64,000 nucleotides of DNA from positions 1 through 64,000 of the forward strand of contig JAPEUD010000091.1 of NCBI GenBank assembly GCA_026026165.1, in the 5' to 3' direction. The first letter of the stretch is position 1. Every line of letters begins with the position of its first letter. This DNA is from Sarea resinae. Taxonomy: Eukaryota. Shown piece by piece: positions 1-10,300 of this stretch. Made by a program: the position numbers and the translations under genes. The notes beneath the pieces were generated by a model. That model ran no database searches and was not told the DNA's origin. It was given only the letters and a program-made list of their open reading frames with translations.

Positions 1-126
1 CAAGTCTATATATTGACTGCCTTACACCTCTATAGCTAGAATCTCTAAGTTCAAAATACACAATCATTCTATACTATACTTCTTTAGCACCTTCCTCCAC
101 TTATATCTTTGTGCTACCTTATAACA
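1..126 (-). repeat. Partial second LTR, related to the 2530-2783 LTR
   Basis: Bases ~5-105 align closely with ~2654-2755 (ctgccttacacc..tatagctagaatctctaagtt..attctatactata..cttctttagca). The match ends in ...ataaca at 126. Confidence 0.75.
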
Positions 127-2518
127 TATTTTATAGCTAGGTCTAAAAAGGTAATATAGTATTTATTACTACTAGGTGTTAGGGGTTTTATAGGACTCTC
201 TATATTATTACACACAATTTCAAGGTATTCCTTAGGCTTTTCTACAGGGGTTTTACTAGTATATCTAGTAAATTTAGCCTCTAAGCAGATAGTGCAGTCT
301 TTAATATCTAAGTCTTTAGACTTAACACTACTAAAGCTCTGCATTATTCTCTAGCCTTTTTAGAGCACTTTCCTCTATATATCCTAGCCTTTTATGCTAT
401 ATATTTAGGCTATTATTATCTATAGTGCTATTTAGCACTATAGGTATAGCCTTAGTCTAAAAGACACTAAGCTTATTAGCATAGGTCTCTTTAGCAGTGA
501 CACAACCCCTATTATCTAGGGTAAGGACATTTTTAGGGCTAAAGTTAACTTTATAGCCCTTATTTATAATTGCCCCTAGAGATAGCAGGTTTACACTAAA
601 GTCAGAAGTTGTATAGGACATCTCTAATATTTACTGCTAATCAGGCAGTAAATATTAGCTTAATATCCTCTATACCTGTTGCTATAGTAGAACTACTAGT
701 GTTGCCTCACTTTACAGTAGTGTTATAGGGTCTTAGATTGTTGAAAAGTTCCTTTCTATAGCAGATATGTGTTGTTGCACATGAGTTAAGAATCCACTCT
801 GTAACAGTGTATTTTGACTCGAATTTTATACAGCTATAGGAAGCTTTAGGTGTAACAGTGCCTTTTTATAACTTTACAACAGTGCCTTCTAGGACTCTGC
901 TTATAACAGAGCATTCTGACTCTGATTTAGGACATCTATAGGAGTCTAGGCTTGTAACAGTGCGTTTTGACACTGATTTAGGACAGCTATAGGAATTAGA
1001 GCTTGTAGCTATAAAGCTCTTTTCCTCTTGTAGTTCCTCTGCTGTAGAGGAGTTAGCACTATGCTTTTTAGGCTAGTGTGCTTTTTAAAGCATGTAGACT
1101 TATTGTGATTATTAAGTCTATAATAATCACAGTGCTTTTTGCTCTTAGAGGTAAGAGCTACTACCTCTGTATCTTTGCTAGTGTTATAACTATTATCACT
1201 AGTGCTAGTGCTCTTAGAGATCTAAAACCTCTTAGATTTATCTATTAGCTGTGTAGAGAGATCCTTATCTTTGCTTTTGTTTATTGTTTATATAATAATA
1301 GTGACTATATTATTATAGTTACTAGTAAGGTTGTTTAGAGTCTATACACCTATAAATTTATTAGGTAGGATTAGATCTCTAGCCCTTAGCTCATTATTTA
1401 GCTGCTTGATTTTTGTGATATACCTAGTCCTCTAGATCCTTGCATTTTTTAAGAGTTATATTAAACAACTCTCTATAGATTAGGAATTTAGAATTAAATC
1501 CCTTAGATTTATAGAGATTTTACAGACTAGCCTACAGTTTTTATAGATTAGTATAATACCTAGTCTGTAACAATAGGCTATCTGCTAGGGCAAGCCTACT
1601 AATATAGGCTAGAGCTTTTGCAGATTTTGCCTTGTAATTAGTTACAATCAATATCTATGCTATTTTTAAGGTCTTTAGACATGACTTTAGTATAGCCCTT
1701 CTCTATAAGCAGGGATTCTATCCTTATAGACTACAAATCCTAATTAGAGCTGCCTTGCAGCTTAGGGATTTTATATGCAGGATCAGACATAGCTGTGATT
1801 ACTAATCTCCTACTTAATTTCAGAGAAAAGAACCACTAGCTATTAAGTGTATTCTACTACAAGTAGTAGAATCACACTTGTATGACTTTTATACAGCTAT
1901 AGAAGTTCTATAGGTGTATGAAATAGCTGTATAAAGAGTGTCTTATGCTTTTGCACCACTGTTACAAGTTCTATAGGTGCATAAAAGATCAGTATAAAGG
2001 CTGTTTTGTGACTTTTAAACTGTTACAGTTCTATAGGTGCGTAAAATTGCAGCACAAAGGCTGCTTTGCAGAACACAAGCTGCTAAGGTATGCAGAACAC
2101 AGGCTGCTATACTATAGTTCTATAGACACAAGCTATAGGTACTATAGGACTAGGTAAAGGCAGCATACATTAAGCACTTAAATTGCCCTCCTATAGGTGT
2201 TTCTCTTTAAAGGAGATTATACCTATAAGGTAGCACAAAGGATTAGGAAAATCCTTATTAAGTGTGTGTAAACCTAATGTCTATAAGTATAGGCTTAGTT
2301 TAAGCAGTCTACTCTAAGTAGTTCTTATCTGTAAGTTAAGGGATATAGCCTCTAAGAGACTATATAACTAGTTGCCTAGGGACTATAAAGACTATAGGAC
2401 CTAGTCTTTTTAGGTGAAAAAAAGAGGAAGTTTAACTCTTTTTCAAAGGAATTACAGTGGCTATAGGTGAAAAAACCACGAAATTATAGGAGGATAGGCT
2501 TCTTTAGCAGGCTTTTAA

Positions 2519-2529
2519 GGCTTATAACC
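2519..2529 (-). promoter_or_regulatory. Primer binding site of the copia element
   Basis: Minus strand reads GGTTATAAGCC immediately after the LTR. This is one G->A (RIP-type) change from the GGTTATGAGCC PBS typical of fungal/plant copia elements. Confidence 0.75.
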
Positions 2530-2783
2530 TGTTAGAAGGTAGTATAAAGATATATTAGAATTAAGGTTATAATTCTAACAATTACTAGGTAATTACAAAT
2601 CACTTATGTAATTAGCTATTACTAGAAGTTTCTAGTAAGTTACCTTAATTATATCTATATAATAACTGCCTTACACCTTTATAGCTAGAATCTCTAAGTT
2701 TGTAATATATAATTATTCTATACTATAACTTCTTTAGCAACTTTCTCTACTTATAATGTATCTTTACTTAGTATCTTCTAACA
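2530..2783 (-). repeat. 5' LTR of the copia element (254 bp)
   Basis: TG...CA termini with a 9-bp terminal inverted repeat (tgttagaag / cttctaaca), directly adjacent to the PBS. Confidence 0.85.
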
Positions 2784-3250
2784 CTGTTTAATATTTAAGA
2801 CTGTTTAAGACTACTAATATAATATAGTGCAACTAAATAATAATCCTATATTCTTAGGAATAGGTGTAGGATAAATCACTAATAAAAAATACTTTAATGT
2901 TTTAAAATTTAAATGATTAACACTAGAAGTCTATAAATTAGAAAATTAAAATCCTTGTTAAAATCTTAGAACTTATTTTAGATGTATTATAGATAGGTGT
3001 TACTTATTATCAGTAAGAAATATATATGTTACTTATTATAATAGGTATGTATCTATATATAATCTATATAAGATTTATAAAAGTAAATAGTAGTTTCTTA
3101 TTTTAAATAGAATAGAGATAGTAATTTAGCTTAGATTGTTTATACTTAGAAATAGGCCTTTAACTATCTACTAATTATCTATATACTATTATTAAAAACA
3201 GTAGGCTTCCCCCTAGGTATCCTATGCACTTAGTAGGTAGTCTACAAAAG
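2784..3250. other. AT-rich RIP-degraded sequence of unidentified origin
   Basis: Very high AT with TpA excess and no recognisable motifs. Composition returns to normal at about 3250-3290. Confidence 0.6.
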
Positions 3251-3432
3251 CTAGAAGTCTAGGATACCTGCCTCCTAACAGGACAATTCGCCTAGTGTGC
3301 TTCGGACATGACGCGCGACGTCAGGTACAGGCACCAATTGCCGACACTTTTTTGTCAAGAGCTTGCGGGAGCATCGCGGCTTGGGACTGCCATTACCTTA
3401 TCCTTGATGTGATGATTAGAATGTGCCTTTCG

Positions 3433-4140
3433 CTACTGTATGTTCGTTGCTTGGAACTCCTGCCACTTGACCATCCTGTCCTTCAAATCCAAAATGTCTC
3501 CATCGACGACGAACGTACCATTACCACAATGATGAAACATCTTCCCGCCCAGTCCTGGCATCTTCTTTGTGTTGATCCACGCCTTCACAGGCTTCAGAAC
3601 CCACATCGAGTACTTGCTGACCATCCTTGTGTCCTCGACGACACACTCGATGTTCGCAATAACGTGAGGGCCTCCTACTAGCGGCGCCTTGACTCTCGTA
3701 GCTGGGAGTGCATCCAGCCCAAAGCGCTTCCATTTGCTGGGCTCATCGTCATCATCGGCAACGGAGCAATTCCCAACATCAACAACCACACCGGCCATCT
3801 CGACAGATGGCACGGAGAGCACGCACTCACGCTGCTTCTTGAGGAAGGCAAATGATGCGTCCCACGGGCCGAGCGAGATGCCGATTAGCGGGGGCGACTC
3901 ATGCTGCATCACCATATGGAATCCGATCGTCATGACGTTGTGCGTCGAGTCGGCCAGCGACCCTGTCGTGACCAGCAGCACAGGACCGGGTTCGATGAGG
4001 CGATAGACATTAGAAATTGGGTACGAGTCGAAGCCATGGGGATTTTGCGATTGGGAGTCCTTCTTTTCGCTGGTCTTGCGTTTGGGAGACGACGTGGAGA
4101 TCTCGTCCTGCGTTTCCTGGGCTTTGCGCTTCCGAGCCAT
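3433..4140 (-). CDS. Flavin reductase-like (DIM6/NTAB split-barrel) FMN-binding protein
   Basis: Intronless ORF with ATG at 4140. Motifs YRLIEPGPVLLVTT, NVMTIGFHM, ECVLSVP, VGNCS, ANIEC and HHCGNGTFVVDG match flavin reductase family proteins. Confidence 0.8.
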   Translation of the reverse strand: MARKRKAQETQDEISTSSPKRKTSEKKDSQSQNPHGFDSYPISNVYRLIEPGPVLLVTTGSLADSTHNVMTIGFHMVMQHESPPLIGISLGPWDASFAFLKKQRECVLSVPSVEMAGVVVDVGNCSVADDDDEPSKWKRFGLDALPATRVKAPLVGGPHVIANIECVVEDTRMVSKYSMWVLKPVKAWINTKKMPGLGGKMFHHCGNGTFVVDGDILDLKDRMVKWQEFQATNIQ

Positions 4141-4676
4141 AACAAGCAATTTCCCGTGCGCCTAGTTTCCAGGACGTGTGAACCTCGCGTTTAGTGTTTG
4201 TGATGATGGCAGCACGTCCTTGGGGGCTCCCGAACAGTACTGGCGATTTCGCTGGTACCTCTTAGCAGCTGCCTGCGGCTAGTTGAGTTGGGGCTGCCGA
4301 GGATCTACCCTCAGCAGCCAGATCTTCTGATCGAATGGGAAATATCTCCGAGCCCTGAACCTCTTTACCCCACAAAAGCCTTCGCCTCTTGTTTTCGGTA
4401 TTCAAGATTCTGCTCAACTCATCAACGCTACTATCGGGTTCATTGTACACTGATTTGCGAAATCCATGGCCTGAGAAGAAAGAGAGAGAGGCCGATTGTC
4501 ATTTGTGCAATCTTCGCAGATAGTAGGTACGTTAGCTTTCAACTACCTAGGTAGTCATAAGGCACGAAGTACGACTCTCGGCTCCTAGGCCTAGCTAATC
4601 TCTAGTATACTCCGTACACATTGATTTGCAGACGATGTCGTGCAGTACTACCGACATATGAAGTACAGATACCCGT

Positions 4677-6281
4677 CTATCTAACCTCATAACCAGGGAA
4701 GCCCTTCTCCCGAATCTCATTTACTTGCGCAATATATTTCGGTAGACCTCCAAGGTAATTCAACATCTGCTTTGGCTTGCCAGGGACATTCGTACCCATG
4801 TACTCAGACTTAGTATAAGGCAACAAAGTCGCAGCACCGACTGCCTCCACGTGGTTCGACCAAGCTTTCTCCGATTCGATCCCAGGATTAAACCAAGTGT
4901 AACCCTTTTTTCTCAGATAATCCAAAGTCTCCACGATCCAGTCACCTTGGACCTCCGAGCTGGTAGGACCATTTGAGAATGAAGTTGGAGCCTGCGGGCC
5001 GTAGACAAAGAATAGATTAGGGAAACCCGTCGTGGTCATCCCTAAGGCCGTGGTGGCTCCCTTAGCCCACTTTTGCTGTAGAGACTGGCCGTCCACTCCT
5101 TTGATGTCAATATTCATGATACCTCCAGTAACTGAGTCGAACCCAGTCGCCAAAATGAGGATGTCGAATTCATGTAAGACATCATCCTGGGTGATAATGC
5201 CGCTTGGCACCACCTCTTTGATCGGATTCTCTTTAGCATTGACTAGCTCGACATTGTCTTGATTGTAGACCTCATAGTATCGCTGCTCAAGAGTTGCTCG
5301 TTTGGTACCGAAGAAGTACGGAGGGTCCTCCGGTGCGAGGAGTTCGGCCTTCTTTGGGTCTTTGATTCTCGGGAGCACTTTGCTGCGCCAAAACTCATAG
5401 GCATGTCGGTTTGACTCTTTGTTCATGATAACATCGTAATACGTGCCAAGCCAAAAACTGAGGCCGCCTTTAGCCCAGATACCTTCGAAGAACCTTTGGC
5501 GCTCCTCGTCTGTGTCATCTAGAGCAGACTTGGGATTGAAATCGCAGTCGAGTCCGGTGAACGTCGTTGGGCGCTTGGCGAATATTTTATCGTAATTGGC
5601 CTTCTCTAATTGCTCCTCGGTCAAGGGCCCCTGTCTCATGGGAAGTGCGTAGGTCGGGCTTCGCTGGAAAACGGTCAAATGTTTGACAACCGGGGCGATC
5701 GTTTGAATGACCTGGAGTCCACTCGACCCATTGCCGACAACTCCAACTCTTTTTCCGCGGAAATCGATATCCTCTTGCGGCCACCTTGCCGTGTGACAAT
5801 AGGTGCCCGCAAAGGTTTCTAGCCCTTTGAATTTGGGAATATTGGGCTTTGAGGCAAATCCGAGGCAAAGGATCAGATTGCGCGAAGTAAACTCGGCGCC
5901 GTCCTTCGTCTTGATCTGCCATTTGGCAGTAGTGCTGTCAAACTCGGAGGAGAGAACGCGGCTATTGAATCGGATGTCCTTCTTTAGGTGCAACTTAGAC
6001 TCGACGTGCGCGAAGTAATCTCGGAGATCTCTCTGGCTAGGGTACTTGACATTCCATGTCCAATCCGACCAGATGTCTTTATTGGAAAACTCATATAGAG
6101 GAACCATGCTGTCTGTACGAGCACCGGCATAGCAATTCCAGTACCAGACGCCGCCGAGGTCTTTGCCATCGTCGAGGACCAGGACTTTGAAACCCTCTTC
6201 GCGCAGCTTGTTCAAGAGGTAGCATCCACCAAATCCGGCTCCCACGATAATGACATCGTACTGAGGTTCGGTAGGAATCAT
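4677..6281 (-). CDS. Type I Baeyer-Villiger monooxygenase (cyclohexanone monooxygenase-like)
   Basis: Intronless, 534 aa. Two Rossmann motifs (GAGFGG, GNGSSG), GGVWYWNCYAGARTD, BVMO fingerprint FxGxxxHxxxWP (FAGTYCHTARWP), and ILATGFD. Confidence 0.93.
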   Translation of the reverse strand: MIPTEPQYDVIIVGAGFGGCYLLNKLREEGFKVLVLDDGKDLGGVWYWNCYAGARTDSMVPLYEFSNKDIWSDWTWNVKYPSQRDLRDYFAHVESKLHLKKDIRFNSRVLSSEFDSTTAKWQIKTKDGAEFTSRNLILCLGFASKPNIPKFKGLETFAGTYCHTARWPQEDIDFRGKRVGVVGNGSSGLQVIQTIAPVVKHLTVFQRSPTYALPMRQGPLTEEQLEKANYDKIFAKRPTTFTGLDCDFNPKSALDDTDEERQRFFEGIWAKGGLSFWLGTYYDVIMNKESNRHAYEFWRSKVLPRIKDPKKAELLAPEDPPYFFGTKRATLEQRYYEVYNQDNVELVNAKENPIKEVVPSGIITQDDVLHEFDILILATGFDSVTGGIMNIDIKGVDGQSLQQKWAKGATTALGMTTTGFPNLFFVYGPQAPTSFSNGPTSSEVQGDWIVETLDYLRKKGYTWFNPGIESEKAWSNHVEAVGAATLLPYTKSEYMGTNVPGKPKQMLNYLGGLPKYIAQVNEIREKGFPGYEVR

Positions 6282-7334
6282 TGTGATGAGATTCTGTTGC
6301 GATAGAATTTATGATAGCTTTGCAGGATTGGTGCGGATTCAAATGGCCGGGAGCTCATATGGAGCCCGTATGGCCTTATTATATACCTCTGCTCTTCGAA
6401 TATCCCCAAGAGAATCTTTGCCGCTGGCAAACCGAGAAGTCATTAGAGCCATCAGTCTGGCTGACCCTGAGATAGTCCGCCCGACGAAGTATCTTCCTAC
6501 ATGATCTCTTGTCATCAGGGTGGCATCTGGTTGCAACTGGCTGTCAGCGTGGGGTGTCACTCGTTCATTCGCAGGACCGGGCCATCTTCGCTGTGTACTC
6601 GTCGGCTTCCTGGATTTCCTTGGCAGGAACTTGACATGGACGGTTCGGTTGATACGCTACAACACCGCATAGGCCTCGGACCCTGTCCGAAGTACTCCGT
6701 ACTCGGAGTACAAGGTCAACGGGACCTACGGGTAGGTAGCGCTCTGAGTTTTGACGCGAAAGCCTAATGAGGCACAGCCGAATACGGTACAGTCGACTTG
6801 CTGGGGGTTTGACATGAACTTGATGCACCCCGCATTTTCGCGGGGGCTCTCGATCGGTAACGACGGCACGGCTTAGGAGCTACGCAGTACCAAGCACGTA
6901 AGGCCGAGAATTACTGAGAGCGATCCTTCCGAAGTCATGCCTCTACATGTTGCTCTAGTGTATATAGCAATGTATAGTCGTCCCTTCCAGTTAAGTACAG
7001 AAACTCGGAAAGATCGTATATTGAAGGGCGCAGGAATAATCTAGATGATCAATGTCTACCAAAGCCGAGACCGAGGATCTCAAAGAGCGTGCTTATTGTG
7101 GGAAGCTTCAATTCAAAGTCAATAAAGATTCAATCGATATTGGTTCGTGCTCGTGCTCGTGCTCTGTTTGATTGTACCCTAGGACAAGGATAAACTAGCA
7201 TGAAAAGTTGTGCCGAATTAGTAGCAAGCTGCAAGGTGCTCTTCACAACTCCCTGATGACCGCAAATCATAATAACGCCGCGACCGTGGACCGAGGTGCA
7301 AACGCAGAGCTCTCATTTCCCTACTCCGAGTAAG

Positions 7335-10300
7335 CTAACTCCTTGTCCCCCGAGAGAGGAGTCGGGATCGCAGGTCCATGATAGACTGGCACCAATGTCC
7401 TTCGTCCGCGCTCGCCGCGTCGCCCGAATCTCCAAGCTTGCTAGCTAGGAATTCTTCCATTCTCGATTCGTTCAAATGCTCCCCATAGATGACCCTTGTG
7501 TTAGGTTTTACGGCGACTGAGATAGTACCTCCTGTAGAAGATGCTGCTAAAGACAGGTCAATGATCATCTTTGTTGCAAGGGATGGCAGGACCAATGTCG
7601 ACCTGACCACCAGCGTCTCGTCAGACACAATTTTTGGCTCGGTCCTGAAACACACGTTCATCAATCGAATGTTCTCGACCACTGCGCATGCTTTATCCCA
7701 ACTCCGGCTGACGAACGAGAGAAGATCCTTGAGAGCAGTCTCCCCTTGACGAAGACACTGAAGTTGAACGCGCATCATCTGCAAGAAGAAGCGTTTCTCT
7801 GTCGTCAGGGTATACAAATGATGATCGTCTGCATCAGCAATGTACACTAAACTGATGGGTGAGTTATGAGGGTTTTTGGGCCTGCCAATTGAGGAGTAAT
7901 CATTCGGAGTGAAGGAATTGACGTTGAAATATAGCTGTAGTTGACCGCGGTAGGCCATGGTTATAGAAGAGCCAGAAACGGATGAAATCGACCATCCGTA
8001 CCTCTGCTTGAGGTTGTCGACATGTCCTATTTCTAGTCAGAAGGCGCTTTATAATTCCACACCGGGACTATATACAGCACGAAGATGGAAAGATATACCT
8101 TTTAAGACCGCGACTTCATTTGCACTCCAGCCGCGAAATTCTTCCCTTGTTCTTTCGGCTTCCCTTATCTCTTCCAAACACACTTTCTTTCTGTCCGCTG
8201 CTTTCGCAAGGCTCTGGTCCTTTTCGCCTAATTCATTCTGGAAGTTTTCTACCATTTTCCGTTTTGCCTGGAGCTCATCCTGTATGCCAGCAAGTCTGTT
8301 CCTCGCTTCCTTCAGCTCGTCCTGATCACAATTTGCTAACTCTTCGGCGGAGGATTTCAGAACATTATGCTCGTCCTCAAGTCTTCCGTGCTCCTGTGAC
8401 AGTCGAGGAATTATTGAAGCTAGAATATTCTCTTGCTCTGCTAACCCCTTGTCGTCTGCCCGCAAGCCATCCGCAATTTTTGCCATTCCTTCCTTCAAAC
8501 CTTCTAGAAGTTTCAAGCGCCATTCATACCACATGGCCTTACTCAAGAGTCTCGCATGAGTCTTCACATTCTTGAACTGATTATCCATGATAAATTTGAC
8601 GTCCGGAGTCGCAGAGATGTATTCGCGAAATAAAGGAGGGTTTTCCTCATATGTGTCCGTTTCGATCTCTCGTACGATACTGCGGCCCTCTGAGATGTAT
8701 TTCTTGAGTTCTCGACAAGACTAAGACAAGTTAGTATATATTGCTCTTTAAGCAATAGCATAAGAGCTCCGATGCACATGCACACTCACATGTTGATACA
8801 ATTCCAACATAGGAATCGTGCAAGCGCCCGCAACAACACAGCGTTCCAAATCACGAGCCACTGGATCCCTCATATGAGCATCGGTACATCTGCCATCCTC
8901 GAAAACATCCCCATGAACAGCATTAGGTGCCACGGTGTGCCTTCTCTTCGTTGTGGTTAGATCCATAAAGCGGATACTAGTCAGGTTGAGGAAGTCTTGG
9001 AGATGAATCCGTATATCCTCTGCTTCGTCCTCCGTGGGCTGACTTATTGGTTTCGGGTCGAGTACCGATTGATGTTGGGGAGGGTTTGATGACTTGTCTT
9101 CAACATCTTTAAATCTCCCTTGACTCCTTGGTGTTGTTACGACTTCATACTTTAGAGGAGAAATACCAGTCGTTGGGGTTTCAGCATTAGTATGCTCACC
9201 CGCAAGAGTGTTACTGGTGTTTCTGGTCGCTCTTCCAGTAGTTCCAACTCTTTGTGGAGGAGCAGGGAGCTTGATCGTTTTCACGGGACTACCCTCTCTT
9301 CCCTTAAACCTCTTCTCAAATAAATCTTCCTCATCTTCATCAAGCTCAATCGGTCTCTTGCCTAGAAGACCTCTAGCGGCTCCCACGTGTAAGCTTTTCC
9401 TGCCATTGACTTTCTTCTTCGGGGTCAAGCTCTCAATCATCTCTTTAAGATTGACAGTGGCGTCCTTTTCTTCGACACTCGGCATATCAGCTTCCTTTTC
9501 AAGGATTACACGGCCACTTTCGCGACGAGTATCCTCTTCACGTTCTCTCTCAAGTTCTCGTTCCATAGCTTTTGGATCCTCCATGCGGACCCTCTTCCAT
9601 GAAGACCCCTGAGGTGTGAAGCTCGTCGCATCCTCGCCTATAGAACGGCGTCTGTCGAGCAGCGCTGCCACTCGGGGAGAACCGAGACCTTTATCCAAGC
9701 CGAGACCTGATGAGCGACGATTCTGGGGGGTAAAAACGACCATAGGAGTGGCCAATCCTGTGTTTGCGTCTTGCTGGAATAGGCTAGTATGCTTGATCGA
9801 TTCTGGAGTAGATGAAGCCTTTTTTATTTCGGACTTAAAGAGCCTCTTTGGCGATGCAGACCGAAAGGTAATATTCTTGGATGGAGGAGTCTTGCCTGGA
9901 ACGCTCGGTCTCACGGCTTGAGGAGTAACTTGCTTTGAGGGCGTTCCTGGATTCTTGACTGGGGACAGGGACTGCCTCTTCGATGATCGCGGTGTCGCAG
10001 AGAGCCTCTTTGCATCACTCCGCCGTGGCGCTCCTCTTGTCCGTGAACGAGTAGGAATGGGGCTGCCGGTCTCTGATGCAAGCGTTGTCACCTCCTCGAC
10101 GGCTTTGCTTGACCCTGGAGGATATGCGGAATTATGTTGATCATCCTGGAGAGGAGAATTTGCCAATGTGCCAACATCAAGTTCCTGCTCCATCAAGAGC
10201 TTGGCCTGCGACCTATTGGGACTAGTACATGGCTTTGAAAGCTGTGCAAAATGTGGTGACGGAAGATGGTCCCTGTCGTTCGGGGACCCAGCTAATATGC

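Larger units (their letters stand above)
127..2783 (-). mobile_element. Ty1/copia LTR retrotransposon, RIP-inactivated, 5' part only (LTR, PBS, gag, zinc knuckle, protease, pre-integrase, start of integrase)
   Basis: Minus-strand translation gives degenerate copia motifs in copia order. These are gag (YITKIKQLNNELRARDLILPNKFIGV*TLNNL, ~1320-1425), CCHC knuckle CDYYRLNNHNKSTC (~1090-1132), protease WILNSCATTHIC (~760-797), pre-integrase I*HKRLGYI (~375-404) with CTICLEAK, and integrase KYYITFLD (~140-165). TpA-rich and CpG-poor, with many TAG/TAA stops, as expected after RIP. Confidence 0.9.

Noticed and set aside
1945..2157. 70-aa repetitive ORF on the plus strand
   Set aside because: It is an antisense reading of the RIP-mutated repeats inside the copia element.
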